This document shows positions 50,777-63,331 of a stretch of DNA of 64,000 nt, in pieces. Every line of letters begins with the position of its first letter. Position 1 is the first letter of the stretch. The notes under the pieces are model-generated. The model searched no databases, was not told where the DNA came from, and saw only the letters and a list, made by a program, of their open reading frames with translations. The translations under genes were made by a program, and so were the position numbers. Source of the stretch: Sphyrna mokarran (taxonomy: Eukaryota); assembly GCA_024679065.1 (NCBI GenBank), contig JAGIQG010000040.1, positions 3,534,001-3,598,000 on the forward strand, read 5' to 3'.

Positions 50777-52774
50777 TTCCCAATCCCTCTCCATCATGTA
50801 ACAGTGCAAAGATCAGTAGTGAGATGGAATATTCTCCACTTGTCGGACATGTGATTTCCCCCTGAAGCAACACCCAAACATCTCAATACCACCCAGCAGA
50901 AAGCAGGTGGTTCAATGAACGCCCCACACCACTTCAAGCATTCACTCTCTGCATCAGAGATGTGCAATTCCAGTGGTCTGAAATATACACAACTTGTATA
51001 GCAGCAACATAATCCTTCGATAGCATCTTCCAAACACATTAATTCTGACAAGGGCAGCAGATGCACGAGAACACAATTACCTGTAGGAGCCCATAAAACC
51101 CACACATCATCCTGACTGTATATTTCAGTGTCAATGGATGAAAATCTTGTAACTCCCTTCCTGTCAACACTGTGCGCATATTTCCTCTGTGGAGTTCAAT
51201 GGTTCGAGGAGAGGACTCACCACCACATTCTCAAAGGAAAAAGCGAAGTAGCAACAAATGCTACTTTAGCAGTGACACCAAAATCTCATAAAATAACTTT
51301 GAACATGTCATTTCACTGCTTATAGTCAACTAGCCCCCTGGGGGCTAGATGTGATAAAGGAACAGCAATTTTGTGATTTTAGTTGAAGAATGAATGGCCC
51401 AGGATTCTGCGAAACAGCTCTATTCTACAGAATTATATCATCTATATTTTACATCCTGTTATCCACCTGAATGAGAATCTGTTTCACTCTCTGCTGATGC
51501 CCACTAACTAACTTTTTTCTGTTTCTGGAATCCGCAGTAGTTTTATTAATTTTCTGGATATGGGCATCACTGACAAACTCAGCATTAATTGTCCATTCTG
51601 TGAAAGCGGTTGTGAGCCACTTTTTGAAAGTAATTGCCCAATGATCGGTTTTATTTGTGTTTGACTTCGTGCAGCACCTTTGAAACACCTGCAGTTGATT
51701 TGACAATTTCAGATTCACTTAAGCGTCAACTTCAGCACTCTGGAACTGGATTTACATGTAGGACTGATAGGGTAAACATGATTTTTTTATTCATTCTTGG
51801 GACTTGGGTGTTACTGCTTGTCAGCATTCGTTGCCCGTTCCTACTTGCCCTTGGAGGCCATATCGTTGCATTCTGTCCACACTCCTTGATTACATTAAAA
51901 TCTAATGACAACTCTATTCATTTCTTGAAGATATGCAGTTATGTGATATCCACAGTCATCTGAAGTGAAGAGAACTTTCCTCATTTCTGTCATAAATTGG
52001 CCACCCTGTGTGTTGAAACTGCATCCCCGGTGTGAGACTCCCCAACCAGCGAAAACATCCTCTCTTCATTCAGGTAGCCCAGTCAGTTATAATTTATTTA
52101 ATTATTTATAAGGTAATTTATTATTGGTGTCACAGGTGGACACACATTCAACTCTAATGAAGTTACTGTGAAAATGTGCTACCGTCACATTCCAGCGCCT
52201 GTTCAGGTACGCTGAGCGAAGATTTAGCATGGTCAATCCATTTAATCAATATATTTTTCAGTCAGTGGGAGGAAACCGGACCACCCGAAAGAAATCCACG
52301 CCGACACGGGGAGAATGTGCATATTCTGCACAAGTAGTGGCCTAAGCTGGAATCGAATCCGAGAACCTGGCGCTATGAAGCAGCAATGCTAGCCACTGTG
52401 CCACCGAGCTACCCTCATTTTATACATTTTATATGTTTCAGTCACAATTTTATGTTTCGATGAGATCTTCTCCCATCCTTCCAAATTCAAGTGAATACAC
52501 GAGCTGGAGATTCCAGCATTGGAATGGGGTTGGCATAGTAAATAGTCTCACTCACTTCACACACTTAACCTTTCCCTTCTGTTTCTCTCACACAACGCCT
52601 AATACATTTAAGCTTTCTTATTTGGAATGCCTCTGCGAAAAAAAAAAGTTGCTTTAATTTTCCCTCTTTTCTCTCAGTGATAAACTTCAGTCCATCTTCA
52701 GGTCAATTAATCTATTTAAACCCCAAATATGATTATTTTCTTGATTCATTAACATGTGAATATCGGTGAATGTA

Positions 52775-53071
52775 ATGCTGAGACCGGCAGTAATCTGTGT
52801 GATCGTTCTTGATGCTTTCAGAATGAGTTCACCCTCACAGGCAGGAAGACTGTTCACGATGATAACATCAAACTGTCCCCGGTTGTTTCATTCTCAGGTA
52901 ACACAACTTCCTGTTTCTTGCTGCCGGTTCCAAACCGCACATCTCGCTTCTGAGCAAAAAATAAATCAATGAACCATAATCGGGTGAGAACATCTGACAA
53001 TGAGGCCTATATCTGTCCACAGAGTCAGGCAGAGTCACACAGATCACATTGTGGTGACATTTACAAAAGAG
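52775..53071 (+). pseudogene. Possible antigen-receptor V relic (light-chain/TCR-like), internally deleted
   Basis: Leader-like MLRPAVICVIVLDAFR with a dead donor (ATGAGT), TTCTCAG acceptor, VTQLPVS...QTAHLAS (FR1-like), RVRTSDNEAYIC (FR3-like) and CACATTG-11-ACAAAAGAG. Confidence 0.4.
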
Positions 53072-53720
53072 CCTTGTGTGTTCTGCCTAGTTTCCATTCC
53101 TGGACATAAATGGCTGGTCAGTGGATTAGTCACTGAGCTCCCCCGGGTTCCGTGAAGAAAGAGAATGATAACTGTTATCTTGCATTTTTTGATCATTTTC
53201 TCTCAATCTGCTATTTATTTTTTGTTCCTCAGCTTTATATGTCAGCACCCTGTTTTCCTTTTCCCGAACTCTCCCGGTGTCTCTATCTCCTTGCCGGTCT
53301 TTTGAACACTTTTATTATTAGTGTTCATAATCATGAAGTTGCGAATTGGTTAATTAAAAAGAGAATATTTCAACTGGGAGGGCGGTCAGCAACCAATGAC
53401 ACAGATTTATTTTATTGAACAGGGAGACAAAAATATAATTTACTTTTACACAAGTGTTGTTGTGAACTGAAATGAACAGCCTGAGTGTGTGATCGAATTA
53501 GATTTCACAGCAACTTTGAAAAATAAATTAGATATACCTTTCATGGAGTTAACATTTGAAGGATTTTCGATGGTTTAATGGTTTGTCTATATCATTGTCC
53601 TAGCATCCTTTTTGTGTGTCTCCCTGTCCTTCAGGGAGACTGAATAAAGCGCAACATTTATACAGCTATCGTCTTGTGCTACTCTTATCTTATGACAACA
53701 CTTGAGTGTGTGTACGAGTG

Positions 53721-53751
<31 letters not shown>

Positions 53752-55315
53752 CTGTGCGTGTATGTGCGTGCGTGTAATTGCCAGGCCCCATTCCGAAATT
53801 CAGTTCTATTTACAAGACATCACTTTGAACAAATTAGCATTGCATCGAACTTGTTCAGGAAAAACACGATTAACCTTAACATTTATTGCATTATTCTATT
53901 TTCCTCCTATGAGTTTTCGTATTTAGTCGTTTCAGTCGTCACCTGTCCTAATTTGGTCTGTAAATGGAGCCATATGATGTCTATTGTGCAGAAAAAAAGT
54001 CATCTGGCCTATCCAGTCTGCATCCCACCCAGACATTCCTAAGTTTATAAGATTTAGAAGAAGGATTAGGTCATTTGGCCCAAATTTTCTTCTATCCTAT
54101 CCCATTCTACCCTTCCTTCTACCCTATAGCCCCGCACCTTTACCATGGCTGATCCACTTAACCTACACATTTTTGTATTCAAAGGGGGAATTCCGCATGT
54201 CCAATCCATCTAGCATGGTGTGCTTAAATAAAAATTGGGGACAGGCGTTTCTTCAATAATACGGAGACAGGGCCGAAAGCAACAATTATTTATACAGTAC
54301 AATATGAATGGGGGCTGGGCTCAGATCAATAATTCCTGACAGAGGGTCTAGTGTCTTCCTAACTAGCGTGGTGCTTTCTAATATAAACAGAGACATGCAG
54401 CTGTAACAAAGAAAAGATTTATTCTAATATAGGCGGAGACGACGTGCATAACAATATCAACTGAGAGAGCTTGTTATGTAATGTAAACTCATATAATGCG
54501 ATCAGATTTAGGGACTTGATTAAGCGTGATATAAAAAGAGATGTGGACTAGTGAAATAAAAAGTGAGGAAATGCAGAGTAAAATAATAATTGAGAGAGGA
54601 TGATGTGCAAATGAACAGCAGTATGGTTCAGCGCCATAAATGAGAGAACAGCAAACCTAATAAAACTGACACCGGGCCGAGTATAATTTTGTTTGATTCT
54701 GGGCATTATATAATATAAACTGAGATAAAGTCTAATTGCAGTAATTTCAGACCAAAACCTTAGATTGATGTAAGCTTTGACGCTGCAAGTGAATCAAAAA
54801 ATGAAATGTAAATTAAATTATAACTATAGAGACAGGATGCTGTTCGCTTTTAACAGGAGGTGGGCTAGTGCAGAAGTGATTGAGATATTGTTAGTGTTTC
54901 CAGCAATGCAATAACTGAGATAGAACCTGGTGCACGTTCTGGTGCAGTATGAGAAGAGAGAGGTCAAGTGAAGTATCATGAAGGTCAAGTGTATGATAAT
55001 AACATTAGCCGAGAATTAATTCCGTGCTGTCTTAACTGTCAGAATGCACGGTGTTAAATCAACTAAGGGTTTGTTCAGTATAATAACAACTGGGATTTTG
55101 TTAAGTACGAAATCAACACAGGATTATTGTCATATTATCAGAAATAGGATTTTGTGTCATATAAACTGGGCCTAGTTTAAGATAAGCAAAGGCTGAGTCC
55201 ATGGCAGAAATATTTGACAACACCAAGTTAAAGTCTAACCATTTTAAACTGGTTGGACTTTAACCTGGTGTTGTGAGACTTCTTACTGTGTTTACCCCAG
55301 TCCAACGCCGGCATC

Positions 55316-58300
55316 ATTGCACCTCCTGCGGTATGTATGAGGTGAGGGACACCAGTAGTGTTCCTGCTGATTATACCTGCAGGAAGTGTGCACATTTGCA
55401 GCTCCTTGAGGATCGGGTTAAGGAGCTGGAGCTGGAATTAGAGGAGCTCAGAGTAATTCGAGAGGTGGAGGAGGATATAGGCAGGAGTAACAAAGAGATT
55501 GTAACTCCTATAAGTGATAATTGGGTAACTATTAGGAGGAGGGGTAAGAAGCAATCGGGGAGACAATCCCCTGGGGCTGTTCCCCTCCAAAATAAATTTT
55601 CTGTCTTGGAGGCTACAGTTGAGGAAGAATCAACTGGAGCTGACCAAAGGGAGCAGGTCTCTGGGGGTGAGCCTGCTGAGAATGCTCAGGTGGGTGGGGG
55701 GAATAAGAGATTAGGCCTAGCTATAGGAGACTCCATAGTTAGAGGGACAGATAGGAGGGTAAATAGTAATAAACAGGACTCAGGGCTGGTGTGTTGCCTC
55801 CCAGGTGCTGGGGTCCAGGATGTTGCAGATCGGGTTTTTAGGGATTCTTAAGGGTGAGGGGAGTCAGCCCCAAGTCATTGTTCATGTGGGGACACATGAT
55901 GTAGGTAGGACAAGGGAAGGGGATATTAAACAGAAATTTATGGAGGTAGGGTGGAAGCTTAGGTCCATAACAGGCAGAGTGGTTATCTCTGGACTCTTGC
56001 CTGTGCCAAGGGATAGTTTAGAGATGAACAGAGAAAGGGATAGTTTGAACTCATGGCTGCGTGGATGGTGCAGGAGGGAGGGGTTCAGGTTCCTTAACAA
56101 TTGGGACTCATTCTGGGATAGGTGGGACCTCTTCAAGAGAGATGGTCTACACCTGAACCAGAGGGGGACTAATATCTTGGGGGGAAAATTTGCTAAGGCT
56201 ATGATGGGGGCTTTAAACTGATTCGGGGGGGGGGTGGGATCCTAAGTAGTTGGGGTGCCGAGAGGGATGAGAGTAAGGGGGTTATAGAGGAGAGTTGTAA
56301 AACACAGCGGCGTACGGGTGGGGTGGGGCATGGTTTGAGATGCGTATACTTTAATGCAAGGAGTATTCGCAATAAGGGGGAGGAACTTGCAGCTTGGACC
56401 AGTACCTGGAACTTCGATGTTGTGGCCATTTCAGAGACTTGGTTAGAGCAGGGACAGGAATGGATGTTGCAGGTTCCGGGGTACAAATGCTTTAGTCGGA
56501 GTAGAGAAGGGGGTAGAAGGGGGGGAGGAGTGGCGTTACTGGTCAAAGACTGTATCACGGTGATCGAAAAAGAAGTTTGATGAGGACTTGTCTGTTGAGG
56601 TAGTATGGGCTGAGATTAGAAACAGGAGAGGAGAGGTCACCCTGTTGGGAGTCTTTTACAGACCTCCTAATAGTTCTAGAGAGGTTGAGGAAAGGATTGC
56701 GAAGTCAATTCTGATTAGGAGTGAAAGTAGTAGGGTAATTGTGATGGGGGACTTTAACTTTGCTAATATTGATTGGAATAGCTATAGCTCTAGCTCGTTA
56801 GAGGGGTCAGTTTTCGTACAGAGTGTGCAGGAAGGTTTTTTGACTCAGTATGTAGATAGGCCAACTAGAGGTGAGGCTACATTGGATTTGGTGCTGGGCA
56901 ATGAGCCAGACCAGGTGTTAGGCTTGGAAGTTGGTGAACATTTTGGTGATAGTGACCACAATTCGGTTACGTTCACCTTAGTGATGGATAGGGATAGGCA
57001 TGAAGCTGGGGGCAGTAGTTATAGCTGGGGGAAGGGTAATTATGAGGCCATCAGGAGAGAATTAGGGTGCATAGATTGGACTAGGAAACTACAGGGACTG
57101 GGCACATCTGGAATGTGGAGCTTATTCAAGGAGCAGCTGCTGCGAGTCCTTGATAAGTATGTCCCTGTCAGGCAAGGAGGAAATGGTCAAGTAAGGGAAC
57201 ATTGGTGTATGAAAAAAGTTGATTCGCTGGTTAAAAGGAAAAAGGAGGCTTATGTCAGGATGAGGCTTGAAGGCTCAGTTAGTGCAATGGATAGCTATAG
57301 ATTAGCCAGGAGGGAGCTAAAGAGTGAATTGAGGAGAGCTAAGAGAGGACACGAGAAGACTTTGGCTGATAGGATTAAGGAGAATCCTAAAGCTTTCTTT
57401 AGATATGTTAAGAATAGAAGATTGGATAGGGCAAGATTAGGGCCAGTCATAGACAGCAGTGGGAAGTTGTGCGTGGAGCCTGAAGAGATTGGTGAGGCAC
57501 TGAATAAATATTTCTCCTCGGTATTCACGCAGAGTGCTGGAAATGTAGCTATGGAGAGCACTGAGGTACAGGGTTGCAAATTGGGAAGTATTGTAGTAGA
57601 TAGGGAGGATGGGTTAGAAATTCTCGAGGGTTTGAAGTTGGATAAGTCCCCTGGGCTGGACGGGATTTACCCTAGGATTCTCTGGGAGGCAAGAGAGGAG
57701 ATTGCAGAGCCTCTGGCTCTGATCTTCAGGTCCTCGTTGGTTACAGGTGTGGTGCCGGAGGACTGGAGGATAGCGAATGTGGTCCCATTGTTTAAGAAGG
57801 GGAAGAGAGACCTTCCTGGGAATTATAGGCCAGTGAGTCTTACTTCTGTTGTGGGCAAGGTATTGGAGAGAATTATTAGGGATAGGATTTATAGTTATTT
57901 AGAGAGAAATGAATTGATTGGGGATAGTCAGCATGGTTTCGTGAAGGGTAGGTCAGGCCTTACTAACCTCATTGAGTTTTTTGAGAAAGTGACCAAAGAG
58001 GTGGATGGGGGTAAGGCGGTTGATGTAGTATATATGGACTTTAGTAAGGCGTTTGATAAGGTGGCCCATGGAAGACTTATACAGAAAATGCAGATGTGTG
58101 GAATAGAGGGTGATTTAGCTAATTGGATTAGGAATTGGCTGGCAGATAGAAGACAGAGGGTGGTGGTTGATGGGAGATATTCATCGTGGAGTTCGGTGAC
58201 AAGTGGTGTGCCTCAGGGGTCTGTTTTGGGGCCCCTGCTGTTGTAATTTTTATAAATGATCTGGATGAGGGTATTGAGGGATGGATCAGTAAATTTGCAG

Positions 58301-59188
58301 ATGATACTAAAGTTGGTGGTGTGGTAGATAGTGAAGCGGGGTGTTTTAGTTTACAGAGTGACTTGGACAAGTTGCAGAGCTGGGCCGAGAGGTGGCAAAT
58401 GGAGTTTAATGTGGAAAAGTGTGAGGTAATGCACTTTGGCAGGAACAATAAATGTGTGGAGTATAGGGCTAATTGTAGGGCTCTTAATAGTGTTGAGGAA
58501 CAGAAGGATCTTGGTGTATGTGTCAATAGATCCCTGAAAGTAGGCAGTCAAGTGGATAAAGTAGTTAAGAAGGCTTATGGAGTCTTAGCTTTTATTGGTA
58601 GGGGGATTGAATTTAGGAGCCGCAGCATCATGTTGCAACTGTACAAAACTCTAGTGCGGACGCACTTGGAGTATTGTGTGCAGTTCTGGTCCCCACATTA
58701 TAAGAAAGATGTGGAGGAATTGGAGAGGGTACAGAGGAGGTTTACCAGGATGTTGCCTGGTATGGAGGGCAGGTCCTATGAAGAGAGGTTGAAGGATTTG
58801 AGGTTGTTTTCGTTAGGAAGGAGGCGGCTAAGGGGGGATCTTATTGAAACATATAAGATAATTAGAGGTTTGGAGAGGGTGGACAGTGATAGCCTTTTTC
58901 CTAGGATGGAAAAAGCTAGCACGAGGGGACACAACTTTAAATTAAGGGGTATGAGTTATAGGACGGATATCAGAGGTAGGTTCTTTACTCAAAGAGTGAT
59001 TAGGGAGTGGAATGCCCTGCCTGCAGCTGTTGTAGATGCGCCAAGTTTGGTGGCGTTTAAGAGGTTAGTTGATAAGTATATGGATGAGAAGGGAATGGTT
59101 TAGTTAGGAGGGGCATTGCTTTTTATTTTGGTCGGCACAACATCGAAGGCCGAAGGGCCTGTTCTGTGCTGTATTGTTCTATGTTCTA
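55316..59188 (+). mobile_element. Near-full-length CR1 LINE (ORF1 zinc finger/coiled coil/SGNH esterase; ORF2 APE endonuclease + RT) with three frameshifts
   Basis: ORF1 motifs CTSCGM...CRKC, IGDSIVRG, HVGTHD and RDGLHLN; ORF2 motifs YFNARSI, SETWL, GDFN, SDHN, YMDFSKAFD and FADD; (GTTCTAT)n tail. Frameshifts lie near 55840, 56578 and 58240. Confidence 0.97.
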
Positions 59189-59250
59189 TCTCTACACCAG
59201 CAATATTTGAGACAATCTCAGTTCTGTGTCGTGCCAAAAATCACGGTTTC

Positions 59251-59284
59251 ACTGCCATCTACTGGACAGCCTTTGCTATTGCAG
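59251..59284 (-). promoter_or_regulatory. Strong CTCF motif with upstream module
   Basis: Minus strand reads CTGCAATAGCAAAGGC-TGTCCAGTAGATGGCAGT: core CCAGTAGATGGCAG plus a TGCAATA upstream module. Confidence 0.7.
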
Positions 59285-59869
59285 ATTTGTGAAATGTGTC
59301 TTATTCTTTCATTGGCTGCACAGCAAGCTGGAGAGGCCAGTAATTATTGGTAATCGCTAATATTCTGAATTTATTGGCCTTCTATATCATCACAGAAGAC
59401 AGGTAGCGCCAACCACATGGAGACCTGGAGCTACCTATAGGCCAAACTGGGGAAAGATGGAAGGTTTCCTTTTCTGCAGGGCATTAGGAATCTGATATGT
59501 TTTTTTTGTAATGGCCGAAATTAAGAAAACAAAATTTAAATTCAAAATTTTAATTGCATTTTATATTCCATGTTTTGTATTTGAATATGTATCTTGAAAA
59601 AATTGCCTCCCTTCCTAATTACTAGCTCAGTGATATTACCACTATGCCACTGTCTCCCTTTTCAAGATTTATAGAGCATTCACCACAACGAAAAGGGCCT
59701 TTTCACCCATCATGCATATATTTGCCCTCTAAGGGAGCAATTCATCCAACAACACTTTACCCCACAGTCCAGCACTTCATTTTCAGACAACAAATCAATC
59801 CCATTTTCAAACAACAGTTGGAGCTGTCTGCATCACATTCTCAAACAGCACATTCCAAATCTGAGCCAC

Positions 59870-60100
59870 TCACTGTCCGAAAATGTTTTCTTTTATGTGC
59901 TCTCTTGTGGCAACCATTTCAGCCCTGGGAAAAAGCCTCTGACTATCCACTCGATCAGTACTTCTCAATATCTTATATACCTCTATCGGGTCACCCCTCA
60001 TCCTTCGTCTCTCCAACGAGAAAAGACCGAGCTTAGTCAACCTATAAGGCATGCTCCCCAATCCAAGCAAAATCCTTGTAAATCTCCTCTGCACCCTCTT
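59870..60100 (-). mobile_element. CR1 fragment
   Basis: QRRFTRILLG...LFSLERRRMRGD. Confidence 0.8.
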
Positions 60101-62564
60101 GTTCAGGGGAGACCTGACATCTGCACGTTGATCCTGTTTTGCCCCATTGTGTTTACCTGCTGCCGCTGCACAGAATCAGACTGGGACGAAAGGAATTCTG
60201 GTTAGAATTCTGCTGCGATTGATGACGGCGAATATCGACGCTTACTGCAGCGGGATCGGAAAGATCCAGCTATGGTCGAGGTCAGAGAAACTCGTGTCTA
60301 GCTCGCAGCAGTTGGGTCATAAGTATGTTTCTATATTATAGATCTTTCCCTTTAAAAAAAATCATTATGCCATCTAATTTATTTTTAAAAGAGGTCCCCT
60401 ATCAGTGTTTGCTCTACGAGTCAGTTTCTCTAGTCACTTTACACCAGACTGTGCTTCTGTTCTTGATGCAGAGACCCCTCTTTTATTTGACATGAGAGTA
60501 GACTACTTGATTATAACAACCAGATCCGGCCTTGTCATATTCCATTGGATTATACCTCTGACATTTTCTGTCTATTGCAAACCATAACATATATGCTTTC
60601 AATTTCTTATACATCATGGCTCATTTATTATTTCACTGGACGACTGCTGTCTCGCAGCGCCAAGAATCCCGGTTAAATTTCCGGCTTGGGTTACCGTCTG
60701 TATGGAGTCTGCATATTCTCTATGTGCCTGCATGAGGTTTCCTCCGGGTGCTTCTATTTCCTCTTACAGTCCAAAGATGTGTTGGTTAGGTGCATTGGCT
60801 ACGCTTAATTGCCCCTCAGTGTACCCGAACAAGCACGGGAATGTGGCCCTAGAGGATTTTCACAGTAACTTCATTGCAATATTAATGTAAGCCTACTTGT
60901 GACACTAATAAATAAATGTGGAACTTGGACTTCTCTTTATGTTGCCTGAACTCATTGTTTGACTTCATATTATACTGAATAACTTTCTCTTTATATTATA
61001 TAGCATTGCGCAATATCTCTATGTAAATCTGGTCATCCCTCTTTCACACATTCCACATTATGTCCCTGATTGCACTGGGGAAGAACGGGCCCCTAGAGAA
61101 CATATCTCTATTAATATTACAGTTGATTAGGCATTGATATAAATGAACCAAATTATGCTTTAGAATTATTACACTGGTGCTGATTCATAACTGTCCTTAT
61201 GTTTCTCTTGGCCCTGCATTACTTAATGAGCTACAACAAATTATTGTTCATAATGTTTGAGGCCATTTCCAGTTATTGCTGCACTAGATTATATATAACA
61301 CACGATGTTATATCTATTAAGGATACACCATTTAGTTATTAATATTACAGTGATCCTACCTCAGTTATTGATGTACGCAAATTACTTCATTTTGTATTGC
61401 AAACAACCCTGCCTCAGCTATCAGTGCACCGGAATATGCATCAGTTTTTACGAGACTCAGCCTTGCCTCTATTTCTACGACGTTACAATATATCTACATT
61501 TCTGCTGAGCTGTGTATTGCTCATGACATTTGCTGATCTGTCTATTATCTTTGCACCATGTGTCCTTTTCTATAACTTACATAATTATCGTGCTGTAGTG
61601 CTGTGCCTTGTTGCTAGGCCCTGGTCCACTTATTATGGCGCAAAATAATGCCACTATTTATGTTAGAAAAAGAAGTATCATATTAATATTAGGCCCTATC
61701 GCAGTTATCACTGTGGCAGAACATTTCCGCGTTCCTGTTATAATAATTCCTGCATCAATAGTTATTGCAATGATGAAAATGTATATTTTTCTATTCCTAA
61801 ATAATTGTCAGTCCATAAACTTCGCCTCTGTAAAATTAATTCATAAAAAGAGAATTGTTCTGTTTAACTTATGATAGACGCTGCCTAACCTTCCTAATAG
61901 CATTGTGGGTGTACCTACACCTCGGAGATAGCAAAAAAGGCAACATCACCTTTCAAGGTCAACCAGTGGCGGGCGGTAAATGGGGTCTGACCAGTGAAGC
62001 CCATATCTGATAAATTAATTTTAAACTAAGATTACAGTATACACACAAATACTGCTGTGCAAAAGGAGGCCATTTCGACCCATTGTGTCTGCACTGACAA
62101 CATTACTCCTGACAACATTATTCCCGTAACTCCACATTTTTATACCGCTAATATCTCTAATCTACGCACCTCAGAATACTGACGGACAATAAAGCATGGC
62201 CAATTCACCTAACCATCTTTGGAATGTGGGACGAAATTGGAGCACCTGGAGGAAACACAAGGAAAACGTGCAAACTCCACGCAGACAAGAATCGAATCCA
62301 GGTCCCTGAAGCTGGGAGGCAGCACTGCGAACCACTTGCTACAGTGCTGGCTTGAGTACCTTAATCTAATACGTCCTTGGTAAAAGTATATTAGACATTG
62401 ATGTTGCTTATATTATACAAGGTCTGCCCTAATTACTGCAGCAAGGGACCTTGCATTCATATATAAAACACTAGATTATGTGTTTACTCTGCTTTCTGCG
62501 TCAACTAATACTGATTAGACAATGACCTAACCACGCACATATATGATCTTTGCAGTTCAAACGG

Positions 62565-62715
62565 ACTGACGCTCACTTCTTGCTCTTGTTTCTGTCTTTC
62601 ACTGAGTCATTTCTGCTGTTTGTTCTGAACAGCGTTTCAGGGTATCATTGGAGTGATCATGTCTCAACGAAACTAAAGTCACTGTACGCACGTGGTCAGG
62701 AAGATTTGCACATTA
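62565..62715 (+). promoter_or_regulatory. Putative TCR V promoter
   Basis: CRE-like TGACGCTCA (62567), AP-1 TGAGTCA (62603) and E-box CACGTG (62689) upstream of the leader. CRE-type elements are typical of TCR V promoters. Confidence 0.45.
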
Positions 62716-62737
62716 GAGTCTCGAATATAGTGGAAGC

Positions 62738-62786
62738 ATGTTAGAAATGACACCAATTAAATTTCTCGTTGCCTCATTTTTATTCG
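62738..62786 (+). CDS. TRDV: TCR V leader exon (MLEMTPIKFLVASFLF-G)
   Basis: Signal-like peptide with a phase-1 G|GTAAAT donor, in frame with the V exon. Confidence 0.75.
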
Positions 62787-62989
62787 GTAAATTGGAACAT
62801 TTACTTGTTGATATGAATTGTCATTCTGCTCCCTATTTGGTGTAATTCTAAAACGTATTCCTTCCTCTGGTATAAATAATCCACACTTGATAGTTAAATT
62901 GTGATTGATTTGCCTCATTTTAAGAAAGCGAGGGGGAAGCTTGTCATCAATAAGGGCGTTACCTGAATGTCTTGCATGTTATTTTGCAG

Positions 62990-63293
62990 GTAATTTCCAA
63001 GGGAGTTCGGTAACACAGAGTCAACGTGAGTTGAAAGTAGCTGAGGGAACTTATCTGGAATTAAGATGTAATTACAACTCCAGTTCTGTTAATCCGGTTC
63101 GATACTGGTACCGGCTGTACCCGAACCAACTGCTCCAGTTCTTATTGTATCGGGATAACACCAGGCGTAAGGATGCCGAGTTTGCCAAAGGAAAATTCGA
63201 TGCCCGTCATTTCAGTCAATATCAGATTTTCCCTTTATCAACTTCTGCAGTGGAGATTAAAGACAGCGCCCTCTATTTCTGCGGATTGAGGAT
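62990..63293 (+). CDS. TRDV: T-cell receptor delta-type V exon (TRDV3/TRDV5-like), open frame
   Basis: SVTQS...LRCNY...NPVRYWYRLYPNQLLQFLLYRDNTRRKDAEFAKGKFDARH...DSALYFC resembles mammalian TRDV3/5 (NP.L.WYR..P....QF..Y.DNSRS..ADF..GRFSV.H). TTTTGCAG acceptor. Confidence 0.85.
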
Positions 63294-63331
63294 CACAGTG
63301 CTTCAAACCAGCTATTACCCGTACAAAAACC
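63294..63331 (+). other. TCR V RSS (22-bp spacer)
   Basis: CACAGTG-22-ACAAAAACC; consensus heptamer and nonamer. Confidence 0.95.

Noticed and set aside
62738-63331. NARTCR supporting V-delta
   Set aside because: It has its own leader exon and no extra CDR1 Cys, and no NAR-type VDJ was seen upstream.
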